From Vicinamibacterales bacterium (lineage in GTDB: Bacteria; Acidobacteriota; Vicinamibacteria; Vicinamibacterales; UBA2999): a stretch of 64,000 bases of DNA. Both the position numbers and the translations under genes were made by a program. The stretch spans positions 525,120 through 589,119 of the forward strand of contig JBFWNR010000003.1 of the NCBI GenBank assembly GCA_050250955.1, read 5' to 3'. Below the pieces are notes generated by a model. It made no database searches. It was not told the DNA's origin and saw only the letters and a list, made by a program, of their open reading frames with translations. Positions 41,538 through 50,097 of the stretch are shown piece by piece (within the stretch, counting starts at the first letter, position 1; every line of letters begins with the position of its first letter).

Positions 41538-41741
41538 TCAGGACCTGGAGTCGGGGTCGGACGAGGAGTCCTCCATCATCACCTCGCGCGCCGACTTCTC
41601 GTACGGCCCACCGAGCCGACCCGAAGCCTCGGCGAGGGCGAAGGGCAGGATCGCCACCACGCTCGCCCACCGCATCGGGACGTCGAACTCGCGCAATACC
41701 AGGTAGATCGGAATCCCGAGCACGATCAGGATGACCCGCAT
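41538..41741 (-). CDS. Small hypothetical membrane protein (67 aa) with an acidic/Ser-rich tail
   Basis: The ATG at 41741 is preceded by GGAGGAG. The protein has two hydrophobic stretches (VILIVLGIPIYLVL and WASVVAILPFALA). GC is locally lower. I recognised no family. Confidence 0.4.
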   Translation of the reverse strand: MRVILIVLGIPIYLVLREFDVPMRWASVVAILPFALAEASGRLGGPYEKSAREVMMEDSSSDPDSRS

Positions 41742-41814
41742 GTGCTCCTCCGCGGCGGGACAGCTGTTGCTGGCGCCCAATCGGAGTGTCGGATCCGGCC
41801 GGAACGTGTCGGGT

Positions 41815-42609
41815 TCAGCGGGATCCGGCGACCGGATCGAGCCCCGATCGCCTGATCACCGCCACCGCGTCCGCCGAGGCCAGGAAGTCGCGCAGCGCCG
41901 CCGCGGCCGTGGCCGCCGGCGCGGCGCGGCCGATCCCGGCCGCGAACACCGTCACGCGCTGCACCGCGTCGGGCAGCGGCCCGACGACGTCGATGCCCTC
42001 GATCGGGTACAGCTCGCTCAGCTGCTGGAAGCCGACCGCCGCCTCGCCGCGGGCGACGACGGCGCCGACCCGCTCGCCCTCGATGCGGCGGCTCCTGGCG
42101 GCCAGCTGGTCGGCGATGCCCAGCCGCGGGAAGAGCTCGGTGGACAGATACGTGCCGCTGACGCTCGCCGAGTACGCGATCGACGGCGCCGCCAGGAGCG
42201 TGCGGGTCAGGGCCTCGACGGTGCTGATGTCGGGCTTCGGGGTGCCGCGGCGCACCGCCATGCCGATGGCCGAGCGGGCGAGATCGACGCGGCTGCCGGC
42301 CCGGACGTGACCGTCGGCGATCAGGCCGTCGAGGGCGTCGGCGGCGACGATCACCAGATCGAGGGGCTCGCCGCGGGCGAGCCGGGCCGGAATCGACGTC
42401 TCGCCCACGCCCATCGACGTCGCCGCGGTCGTCACCCGGTGGCCGGTGCGACGCTCGAAGTCGGCGGCCAGCTCGAGGTAGGCCGCCGTGAACGCGCCCG
42501 AGGTGGCGACGCGAATTTCGTCGGCGGCAGCCGGCGGCGCGGCGCGCAAGGCCAACGCCGCCACCAGCGCCAGCATCCATCCGAGCAGTCCTCGCCGGCG
42601 CATCGTCAT
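41815..42609 (-). CDS. Periplasmic substrate-binding protein, ModA-like (oxyanion-binding PBP fold)
   Basis: It has an RR-containing signal peptide (MTMRRRGLLGWMLALVAALAL). The ModA-like layout includes IRVATSGAFTAAYLELAADFE..., DLVIVAAD and SIAYSASVSGTY. No permease or ATPase gene is adjacent. Confidence 0.6.
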   Translation of the reverse strand: MTMRRRGLLGWMLALVAALALRAAPPAAADEIRVATSGAFTAAYLELAADFERRTGHRVTTAATSMGVGETSIPARLARGEPLDLVIVAADALDGLIADGHVRAGSRVDLARSAIGMAVRRGTPKPDISTVEALTRTLLAAPSIAYSASVSGTYLSTELFPRLGIADQLAARSRRIEGERVGAVVARGEAAVGFQQLSELYPIEGIDVVGPLPDAVQRVTVFAAGIGRAAPAATAAAALRDFLASADAVAVIRRSGLDPVAGSR

Positions 42610-42618
42610 CAGGGGCGG

Positions 42619-43665
42619 CTACGTCGTCGCCCCGCCGCAGCTGCTGCCGGCCCCGGCGGTGCAGCCGAAGCAGTGCGGGCCGGTGACGATCGGCCGCCGG
42701 GCAATCCGGGTCAGCGCCGCCGGGTCGCCGGCCAGGTCGAGGATCGTCGGCGGCTGGCCGTGCATCACCGGCAGATCGAGCATCTGGTTGAAGTCGCAGT
42801 CGTGGAGCCGGCCGTCCCAGCCGACGCTGAGCGTCGTGCGGCACATCACGCCGGGCAGGGTGGCCGGGTTGAAGGCCTGCACCAGCTTGTCGAGATAGCC
42901 CTGCAGGTTGCCCGACTGCTCGAGCCACTCGAGGTAGCGGCTGATCGGCATGTTGGTGATGGTGAACAGCCGCGTGAACACGATGCCGTAGCGGCGGTGC
43001 AGCTCGCGCTTCCAGTCGCGCTCCAGCGCCGCCTGGCCGGCCGGCAGGAACGCGCCCACCGGGTTGGTGACCAGCGTGAGGTCGAGTCCGGTGCCGTCGA
43101 CGCCGTAGCCGACGCCGTTCAGCTCGCGCAACGCGGCAATCGACGCCGCGAACACGCCTTCGCCGCGCTGCCGGTCGGTCTGCGACGCGGCGTAGGAGGG
43201 CAGCGAGGCCACCACCTCGACGCGGTGGCTGGCGAGGAAGCGCGGCAAGTCGCTGTAGTTGGGCAGCGTCGTGATGGTGAGGTTGCAGCGATCGATCACC
43301 CGACGGCCGAGCCGTCGCGCCCGGGCGACCAGATCGCGGAAGCGCGGGTGCATCTCGGGCGCGCCGCCGGTGATGTCGAGGGTCGGAATCGTCGAGCCGG
43401 CCAGCACCGCCAGGCACGCCTCGACCACGTCGTCCGGCATCACCTCCCGCCGGTCGGGCCCGGCATCGACGTGGCAGTGGTGACAGGCCTGGTTGCAGCG
43501 CTTGCCGACGTTGACCTGGAGCACGTCGATGCCGGCGGCGGTCAGCGGATCGCCGCCGACCGCGTCCTCGAAGCTCCGCGCCAGCGGCAGCGCGGCGAGC
43601 AGCGAGCGCTGACAGGCCGGCTCGGCCAGCGGCGAGCGGGCGTTCAGGAGCGTGGGCAGGGCCAT
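42619..43665 (-). CDS. arsS: Radical SAM / Cys-rich-domain protein of the ArsS (arsenosugar biosynthesis) family
   Basis: The radical SAM motif is CNQACHHC (CX3CX2C), within LQVNVGKRCNQACHHCHVDAGP. The C-terminal Cys-rich block is LHDCDFNQ...GPHCFGCTAGAGSSCGG. The size (348 aa) and layout match that family. Confidence 0.8.
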   Translation of the reverse strand: MALPTLLNARSPLAEPACQRSLLAALPLARSFEDAVGGDPLTAAGIDVLQVNVGKRCNQACHHCHVDAGPDRREVMPDDVVEACLAVLAGSTIPTLDITGGAPEMHPRFRDLVARARRLGRRVIDRCNLTITTLPNYSDLPRFLASHRVEVVASLPSYAASQTDRQRGEGVFAASIAALRELNGVGYGVDGTGLDLTLVTNPVGAFLPAGQAALERDWKRELHRRYGIVFTRLFTITNMPISRYLEWLEQSGNLQGYLDKLVQAFNPATLPGVMCRTTLSVGWDGRLHDCDFNQMLDLPVMHGQPPTILDLAGDPAALTRIARRPIVTGPHCFGCTAGAGSSCGGATT

Positions 43666-43684
43666 CGTCCCGGGTCCCTGGGCC

Positions 43685-44017
43685 CTACATCGACAGCTTG
43701 TCGAGATGGTTCCGCATCTGCACGCCGTGGACGAGCGAGGCGCCGCCGCGGATCGCCGCCGCGACGTGGATGGCTTCGGTCATCTGGTCCGGCGTGGCGC
43801 CCTTTTCGAGCGAGCCGCCGGTGTAGGCGTCGATGCAGTAGGGGCACTGCACGGCGTGCGCCACGGCCAGGGCGATCAGCGCCTTCTCGCGCTCGCTGAG
43901 CGCACCCTCCGCGAACACCGCCCCGTACCACTCGGCGAACTTCTTCCAGAGATCCGGGGCGTCCTTGCCGATCTCGGCGAACTTCGCCAGATCGGGCGGG
44001 TGGTAGTAGGTGTCCAT
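43685..44017 (-). CDS. AhpD/carboxymuconolactone-decarboxylase-fold protein, arsenosugar-biosynthesis-associated peroxidase-like type (110 aa)
   Basis: I chose the internal ATG at 44017 (MDTYYHPPDLAKF). It carries the CxxC motif AHAVQCPYCIDAY and the block AAAIRGGASLVHG. It lies 19 nt upstream of arsS. Confidence 0.75.
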   Translation of the reverse strand: MDTYYHPPDLAKFAEIGKDAPDLWKKFAEWYGAVFAEGALSEREKALIALAVAHAVQCPYCIDAYTGGSLEKGATPDQMTEAIHVAAAIRGGASLVHGVQMRNHLDKLSM

Positions 44018-44124
44018 CGTGTCCTTCCAGCGCGGGCGGGCTCGCGGCGGCCCGGCCACTCCGGGCCCGCACGACGTCCCATCCTACTGGAACAGCGGCC
44101 GGGCGCCGGCGGTTCCCGCCGCTT

Positions 44125-44502
44125 CTACAGGCCTTCGACCAGCACGCCGCGGAAGTTGGCGGCGCCGACGCGCAGCTTGCGGATCGTCTGGTAGTCGGGG
44201 GAGTTGTAGAACTGCTGCGCGCGTTCGAAGCTGGGGAACTCGACGATCACCACGCGAGGGGCGGCCGCCGCACCCTCGAGGGACGCCACCTGGCCGCCGC
44301 GGGCGATGAACCGGCCGCCGAACTTCTCGATCACGCCGGGCGACAGCTTGGCGTACTCGCCGTACTGCTGCGGGTTGGTGACGTCGACCTCGGCGATGAA
44401 ATACCCCTTCTTTGCGGCCGTCGCCTGCCGGGCCGACGCGCCGGCCAGTGCCGCGACGACGACCATGGCGATGAGTCCCAGGCGGATTCCCGTGTGCGTC
44501 AT
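44125..44502 (-). CDS. DUF1330-domain protein with an N-terminal signal/anchor sequence
   Basis: I chose the internal ATG at 44502 (MTHTGIRLGLIAMVVVAALAGASA). The DUF1330-like core is GYFIAEVDVTNPQQYGEYAK...VIVEFPSFERAQQFYNSPDYQ. Confidence 0.65.
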   Translation of the reverse strand: MTHTGIRLGLIAMVVVAALAGASARQATAAKKGYFIAEVDVTNPQQYGEYAKLSPGVIEKFGGRFIARGGQVASLEGAAAAPRVVIVEFPSFERAQQFYNSPDYQTIRKLRVGAANFRGVLVEGL

Positions 44503-44669
44503 GCGAGCCTCCCGTCCGGGCCGGAGTCTATCGCGAGCGTCGCCCGACCGCGCCTGCCGTCCCCAGGGCCGCCGTCCCCGACCCGCGCGCCTATAATCCC
44601 GCGCACGGCGCCGCGGCCGACCCCGACTCCCGCGCGTCGTCGCGTGCCCCGGGGTCGCTGGAGGTCGCC

Positions 44670-45620
44670 GTGATGTCCCACCCCGCATCCCGCGTGGTCG
44701 TGATCGCTGCCGTGCTTGGCGTCGCCGCGACGCACGGCCTGGCGCAGCCGCAGGTCGAGGTGGCGACGACGGTGGCTTTCACCGAGGGCCCCACGGTGGC
44801 CGCCGACGGCTCGGTGTACTTCACCGACATCGTCACCCAGCGGATCATGAAGCTCGGCGCCGACGGCGTGCTGTCGGTCTACCGCGAGCGGAGCAACGCC
44901 GCCAACGGCCTGCTCATCGACCCGCAGGGCCGCCTCGTCGCCTGCGAGGGCGCCGAGTTCAGCCGGCCCGGCGTGACCGTCAAGGGCATTCCGCGGGTCA
45001 CCCGCACCGATCTGAAGACCGGTGCCGTGGAAGTGCTGGCCGAGCGCGTCGACGGCCAGCCGCTGGTCGGCCCCAACGACGTCACCATCGACGGCAAGGG
45101 CCGGCTCTACTTCACCGAGCTGAACGGCGCCGCCGTGTATCGCATCGACGCGCCGGGCCAGGTCACCCGCATCCTGGCCGCGCCCGACGTGCAACGGCCC
45201 AATGGCATCCAGATCTCGCCCGACGACCGCACCCTGTACCTGGTCGAAGCCAATGGCGCCGAAGGTGGCGCCCGGCTGATCCGCCGCTACGACCTGCAGC
45301 CCGACGGCACGGTGCGCAACATGCGGGTCCACTACGACTTCTCGCCGGGCCGCAGCGCCGACGGGATGAGCATCGACACCGCCGGCAACCTCTACGCGTC
45401 GGCGGGGATGAACCAGCTGCGCGGCACCGCCGAGACCCTCGCCAACAAGACCGGCGTCTACGTGATCTCGCCGCAGGGCACCTTGCTGTCGTTCATCCCG
45501 ATCGCCGAGGACTACATCACCAACAACGCCTTCGGCGGACCCGACATGCGCACGCTCTACGTCACCGCCGGCAAGACGCTCTACAAGGTCCGCACCGACG
45601 TGCCGGGGCTGCCGCGGTAA
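44670..45620 (+). CDS. SMP-30/gluconolactonase/LRE-family beta-propeller, secreted
   Basis: There is a GTG at 44670 and an ATG at 44673, following a GGAGG SD. The protein has a signal peptide and the blocks FTEGP, PNDVTIDGKGRLYFT, PNGIQISPDD and ADGMSID. Confidence 0.82.
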   Translation: MMSHPASRVVVIAAVLGVAATHGLAQPQVEVATTVAFTEGPTVAADGSVYFTDIVTQRIMKLGADGVLSVYRERSNAANGLLIDPQGRLVACEGAEFSRPGVTVKGIPRVTRTDLKTGAVEVLAERVDGQPLVGPNDVTIDGKGRLYFTELNGAAVYRIDAPGQVTRILAAPDVQRPNGIQISPDDRTLYLVEANGAEGGARLIRRYDLQPDGTVRNMRVHYDFSPGRSADGMSIDTAGNLYASAGMNQLRGTAETLANKTGVYVISPQGTLLSFIPIAEDYITNNAFGGPDMRTLYVTAGKTLYKVRTDVPGLPR

Positions 45621-45630
45621 GTGCCTCTCC

Positions 45631-45650
45631 GGCGGAGCTGAAGCTCCGCC
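45631..45650. terminator. Bidirectional hairpin terminator between convergent genes
   Basis: The sequence is GGCGGAGC-TGAA-GCTCCGCC, an 8-bp stem with a tetraloop. It lies between the stops at 45620 (+) and 45665 (-). Confidence 0.6.
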
Positions 45651-45664
45651 CTACGTGGCGCTCA

Positions 45665-46855
45665 TCAGAGTTCGCGCAGTGCCGCCGGGATCGGCAGCCG
45701 CGCGGCGCGGATCGCCGGGAACAGCCCGCCGACCAGGCCCATCAGCAGCGCGTAGACCAGGCCCAGCCCGAGCAGCGCCGGCGTCACCCGGAACGCGAAC
45801 GCCACCTGGCTGAAGGTCTGGAAGTTCATCGTCGAGGTCTGGTAGCCGTTGAACGCCAGGTAGGCGAGCAGGCCGCCGACCGCCCCGCCGATGGCCGCCA
45901 GGGCCAGCGATTCAACCATCACCGACACCACCACCGAGGTGGCGTTGAAGCCGAGCGCGCGCAGCGTGGCGATCTCGCGTGACCGGGTCGACACCGCGGT
46001 GTACATCGTGAGGATGGCCCCGAACACCGCCCCGATGCCCATCAGGAACGCGATGCCGAAGCCCACCGTCCGGATGAGCCCGGTGAGCGCCCGCGACTGC
46101 TGGGCGTAGTACTCGGTCTCGCGCCGCACCTGGACGTTCAGCTGCGGGTTGCTGGTGAGCCAGTCGCGGAACGTGTCGAAGGTGTCGGTCGAGTCGAGCC
46201 TGGCGAGCACCAGCTGGTAGGTGTTGCCGCGCCGGTAGGCGCCCTGCAGCACCCGGGCGTCGCACCAGATCTCGGTCTCGTTGACGCCGCCGTCGGCCTC
46301 GAAGATGCCGACCACCTGCCAGGTGTTCTGGCCCGAGCGCACCTCGCTGCCCAGGGTGAGCCCGGCGAACTGGCCGCTGGCGCCGCGCCCGACCACCACC
46401 TCGTTGGTGCCGAACTCGAGCATCCGGCCCTCGACGATCGAGGCGTTGTCGCGCACCGCCAGGGTCTCCGGGCCGATGCCGCGCATCGGCACGTTGGCCG
46501 GCGTACCGGTGCTGCGCTTGGGCAGGTCGATGATGACGTAGAGCTCCGAGGAGGCCAGCGCCGTCTGGCCGTCGCGGCGCAGACCGGGGGCCTGGCGGAT
46601 GAGATCCGCGGCAGGGCCGCTCACTCCGCTGGTCATCTCGCTGTCGGCGCCGCTGCGCATCACCAGCGCGCGCGTCGGCGAGCCGGCCTCGGCCATCGCC
46701 GCGGTGAACCCGGCGGCGATCGACAGCACCGAGACGAGCACGACGACGACGCCGGCGATGCCGACGATGGCGACGCCCGACGAGCCCAGCCGCTGCGGGA
46801 TGGTCCGCAGGTTGAGGAGGGTGACGGCGACGGTCTGCGCGATCCAGTTGAACAT
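45665..46855 (-). CDS. ABC-transporter permease, FtsX/MacB-type (396 aa)
   Basis: It has an N-terminal TM, a large periplasmic domain, and a C-terminal FtsX block (TRSREIATLRALGFNATSVV...). Confidence 0.85.
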   Translation of the reverse strand: MFNWIAQTVAVTLLNLRTIPQRLGSSGVAIVGIAGVVVVLVSVLSIAAGFTAAMAEAGSPTRALVMRSGADSEMTSGVSGPAADLIRQAPGLRRDGQTALASSELYVIIDLPKRSTGTPANVPMRGIGPETLAVRDNASIVEGRMLEFGTNEVVVGRGASGQFAGLTLGSEVRSGQNTWQVVGIFEADGGVNETEIWCDARVLQGAYRRGNTYQLVLARLDSTDTFDTFRDWLTSNPQLNVQVRRETEYYAQQSRALTGLIRTVGFGIAFLMGIGAVFGAILTMYTAVSTRSREIATLRALGFNATSVVVSVMVESLALAAIGGAVGGLLAYLAFNGYQTSTMNFQTFSQVAFAFRVTPALLGLGLVYALLMGLVGGLFPAIRAARLPIPAALREL

Positions 46856-46862
46856 CGCCGCC

Positions 46863-48014
46863 TCACCCTCTCCGCAGCGCGTCGGTGATCTTCAGGTTCA
46901 TGGCCGTGGCGGCCGGCAGCGCCCCGGCGACCAGCCCGAGCAGGACGATGAGCCCGCCGCCGAGGGCGACGTCGCGGCCCGGCAGCACGAAGATCGGCAG
47001 CATGCCGTTGGTGGGATCGCCGTGCTGGACGATGAGCCAGGCCACGCCCAGCCCGGCGACGCCGCCGACCAGCGCGATGAGCAGCGACTCGCCGAGCACC
47101 ATCGCCAGGATCGAGGGGTTGGAGAAGCCGAGCGTCTTGAGCACGCCGACCTCGTTGGTGCGCTCGCGCACCGACTGGGCCATGGTGTTGGCCGCCACCA
47201 GCAGCATGGTGAAGAGCACCGCGGCGAGGATCGCCACCATGATCGCGCCGATGTCGCCGACCTGCTTGGCGAAGCCCTCGACGAAGCCCTTCTCGGTGGT
47301 GGTCTTGGTTTCGGCGGCCGAGTTGGCGAACATGTCGTCGAACTTCGCCGCCATCGCCTGGGCCTGCGAGCCGTCGTCGATCTTCACGACGTACCAGCCG
47401 ACCAGCCCGTCGCCCTGGGCGCGGTTCTCGTCGAGATAGTCGTAGCGGAAGAAGAACTGCGTCTTGTCGACGCCCTGGTCGCCGTCGTACATCCCGGCGA
47501 TGTTGAACTCCCAGGTCTGGCCGCCGCCTTTGGGCTGCCAGATGGTGCCCTGGATGGGAATCCGGTCGCCGATCTTCCAGTTGAAGCGCCGCGCCAGGTC
47601 GACGCCGACGATCGCCCCCTGGCGGTCGTCGAGCCAGGCCTTGGCCTGGTCGGGCGGCACGTGGAACTCGGGGTAGAGCTGGAGGAACGACTCGGGCTCG
47701 ACGGCGATCTGGGCGAAGAAGTTGGCCGGGTCCTGGTAGACGCCGCCGAACCACGACTGGTGCGTGGCCAGGGCCACGCCCTCGGTGGCGCGCAGCCGCT
47801 CCAGGTAGCTCACCGGCAGCGGCATGATCAGGCTGACCTTGTGGATGAGCACCAGGCGGTCGAGCCCGGCGATCTCGACCCCGAAGGTGAAGGCCTGGCG
47901 GATGGTCATCAGCAGGCCGAACAGCAGGAAGGCGACGAAGATCGACAGCAGCGTGAAGACGGTGCGGACCTTCTTCCGCCACAGGCTGCTCCACAGCAGG
48001 GGCAGGTACTTCAT
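46863..48014 (-). CDS. ABC-transporter permease, FtsX/MacB-type (383 aa)
   Basis: The ATG at 48014 (MKYLPLLWSSLWRKKVRT) overlaps the ATPase stop as ATGA. The FtsX block is ERTNEVGVLKTLGFSNPSIL. Confidence 0.85.
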   Translation of the reverse strand: MKYLPLLWSSLWRKKVRTVFTLLSIFVAFLLFGLLMTIRQAFTFGVEIAGLDRLVLIHKVSLIMPLPVSYLERLRATEGVALATHQSWFGGVYQDPANFFAQIAVEPESFLQLYPEFHVPPDQAKAWLDDRQGAIVGVDLARRFNWKIGDRIPIQGTIWQPKGGGQTWEFNIAGMYDGDQGVDKTQFFFRYDYLDENRAQGDGLVGWYVVKIDDGSQAQAMAAKFDDMFANSAAETKTTTEKGFVEGFAKQVGDIGAIMVAILAAVLFTMLLVAANTMAQSVRERTNEVGVLKTLGFSNPSILAMVLGESLLIALVGGVAGLGVAWLIVQHGDPTNGMLPIFVLPGRDVALGGGLIVLLGLVAGALPAATAMNLKITDALRRG

Positions 48015-48694
48015 GCCGCCTCCTCGAGCAGCACGCCCTTGTCCAGGTGCAGCGTGCGTTTGGCGCGCTCGGCGGCGCGCGGGTCGTGGGTGACCATCAC
48101 GATCGTCTTGCCGTGCTGCTGGTTGAGTGCCGCCAGCAGATCCAGGATCTCGTCGCCGGCTTTGCGGTCGAGATCGCCGGTCGGCTCGTCGGCGAGCAGC
48201 AGCGTCGGGTCGGTGACGATGGCGCGGGCGATGCCGACCCGCTGCTCCTGGCCACCCGACAGCTGCCGCGGGTAATGCTTGGCGCGCTCGGCCAGGCCGA
48301 CCACCTTGAGCGCGATCGCCACCCGCTTGCGCCGTTCCGCCTTGGACAGCTTGGTCAGGAGGAGCGGCAGATCGACGTTGCGCTCGGCGGTGAGCACCGG
48401 CAGCAGGTTGTAGAGCTGGAAGACGAAGCCGATGTTGGCGGCGCGCCACCGCGACAGCTGGCTGCCCGACAATGCGGCGATGTTGGTGCCGCCGACCTCG
48501 ACCGAGCCGCCCGACGGGGTGTCGAGGCCGCCCAGCAGGTTGAGCAGCGTGGTCTTGCCGGAGCCGGAGGGCCCCATCAGGGCGACGAAGTCGCCCTTGG
48601 GGATCTGCAGGTTGACGCCCTTGAGCACGTCGATGCGCTCGCTGCCGCGCGTGAAGTACTTGTGGACGCCGTTGACCGTGACCAGTGCGCTCAT
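48011..48694 (-). CDS. ABC-transporter ATP-binding protein (MacB/LolD-type)
   Basis: Motifs are Walker A (GPSGSGKTT), the ABC signature (LSGGQEQR) and Walker B (LLLADEPTGDLD). Confidence 0.92.
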   Translation of the reverse strand: MSALVTVNGVHKYFTRGSERIDVLKGVNLQIPKGDFVALMGPSGSGKTTLLNLLGGLDTPSGGSVEVGGTNIAALSGSQLSRWRAANIGFVFQLYNLLPVLTAERNVDLPLLLTKLSKAERRKRVAIALKVVGLAERAKHYPRQLSGGQEQRVGIARAIVTDPTLLLADEPTGDLDRKAGDEILDLLAALNQQHGKTIVMVTHDPRAAERAKRTLHLDKGVLLEEAA

Positions 48695-48707
48695 GAACGG
48701 CCGCTCC

Positions 48708-49928
48708 TCACTGCCTGATGGCGATCGGCGCGCCGGCGGCCAGTTCCGCCGGCGGCGCGACCACGACGCGTTCTCCCGACGACAACCCGGCGGTCACCTC
48801 GAGCCGATCGCCGTCGGTGCCGCCGGTCTGCACCGCCCGCCGCTCCACCGTGTCCTGGGTGACGACGAAGACGTACGACGTGCTGCCGTCGCTGCGGACG
48901 GCACTCTTCGGGACCAGCGCCACCGGCCGGGCCGCCGCCGCGTCGGCCGCCGCCTCGCGCAGGAACGTCACTTTGACGCCCATGTCGGGCAGGATCCGCG
49001 GGTCGAGGGCGTCGAAACCGATGCGCACCAGCACGGTGGCCTTCTGACGGTCGGCCGTCGGCACCACGGCGATGACGCGGGCCGGGATCTCGAAGTCCGG
49101 ATAGGCGTCGAGGATCGCCGTCACCGGCTGGCCGGCGGCGACGCGGTTGATGTAGCTCTCGTTGACGTCGACCTCGATTTCGAGCGAGCGCATGTCGACG
49201 ATGGTGCAGATGCCGGTGCGCGTGAAGCCGCCGCCGGCCGACACCGGCGACACCATCTCACCCGGCTGCGCGTCCTTGGAGATGGCCACGCCCGAGAACG
49301 GCGCGCGGATCACCATGTCGGCCAGCGCGGCTTCCTGGAGGGCCACCTGGCGCTCGGCGACCGCGATCTGCTCGCGCAGCGAGGCGATGCGGGCGACCAG
49401 CGAGTTGACCTCGGCCCGGGCCTGGTCCATGTCGGCCGCCGTGGCCAGCTCCTCCTTGAACAGCCGCTCGCGACGGGCCAGGTTGAGCCGGGCCTCGTCG
49501 AGGCGCACCTCCGATTCGGGCACCGCCCGGCGTGCCGCTTCGAGCTGGGCGCGGGCGAGGTCGAGCGCGGCGCGGACCGTCGAGTCGTCGAGCCGGGCCA
49601 GCACCTGGCCCTCTCGTACTGCCATGCCTTCTTCGACGTTGACCTCGATCACCTTGCCGGTGACCTTGGAGGAGACGGTGGCCCGGCGCCGCGCCGTGAC
49701 GTAGCCGGAGGCGTTCAGCACCGAGGCCTGGGTGCCGGCGGCGCGGCTGGTGACCGCCGCCACTTCGACCTCGACCGGCACGACGCGGTTCGTCCACCAC
49801 CAGGCACCGCCGGCGATGGCGGCGACGAGCAGGACGAGCGCCACCCAGCGTCCCCAGCGCCGGCCCCCGGGCTGGAACGGATCCCGCTCGATGCGGAGCG
49901 CGGACAGATCGTCGACGGCGTCGCTCAC
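48708..49928 (-). CDS. Efflux periplasmic adaptor (HlyD/MFP family)
   Basis: I chose the GTG at 49928, which has AGGAG 5 nt upstream. The protein has a TM (WVALVLLVAAIAGGAWWW), a coiled-coil hairpin segment and a beta-barrel tail. The track start at 50069 would extend into the REP-like element. Confidence 0.8.
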   Translation of the reverse strand: MSDAVDDLSALRIERDPFQPGGRRWGRWVALVLLVAAIAGGAWWWTNRVVPVEVEVAAVTSRAAGTQASVLNASGYVTARRRATVSSKVTGKVIEVNVEEGMAVREGQVLARLDDSTVRAALDLARAQLEAARRAVPESEVRLDEARLNLARRERLFKEELATAADMDQARAEVNSLVARIASLREQIAVAERQVALQEAALADMVIRAPFSGVAISKDAQPGEMVSPVSAGGGFTRTGICTIVDMRSLEIEVDVNESYINRVAAGQPVTAILDAYPDFEIPARVIAVVPTADRQKATVLVRIGFDALDPRILPDMGVKVTFLREAAADAAAARPVALVPKSAVRSDGSTSYVFVVTQDTVERRAVQTGGTDGDRLEVTAGLSSGERVVVAPPAELAAGAPIAIRQ

Positions 49929-50097
49929 TGGTGCTCCTGAAAGCCGCTGACCATAGCGCGAACGAAAGGCGAAAGTCAATCGGTCCGCGGTAAACGGCCG
50001 CGGGTCTTCGTGCAAAGACGGACGAGCCGAGCCGCGGTGTCGCTGCCGGACCTCGGATGGCCGGGCCAACCGATCGGGCGGCCGGATTCTCCCACCC

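Noticed and set aside
42619-43665. A possible selenocysteine (in-frame TGA) in the ArsS homologue, since some family members are selenoproteins.
   Set aside because: The ORF is uninterrupted, the C-terminal motif reads CFGCTAGAGSSCGG with cysteines, and the stop is a TAG at 42619-42621. I saw no in-frame TGA or downstream extension.
41731-43899. A 722-aa + strand ORF and the minus-strand ORF 41726-43417 over the ModA-like and ArsS genes.
   Set aside because: They conflict with frames carrying the CX3CX2C radical SAM motif and a signal-peptide binding protein. Their composition is Arg/Gly/Asp-rich.
44592-44597. A TATAAT hexamer about 70 nt upstream of the SMP-30 gene as its promoter.
   Set aside because: There is no plausible -35 element at 17-bp spacing and no other support. 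It is too weak to list as a feature.
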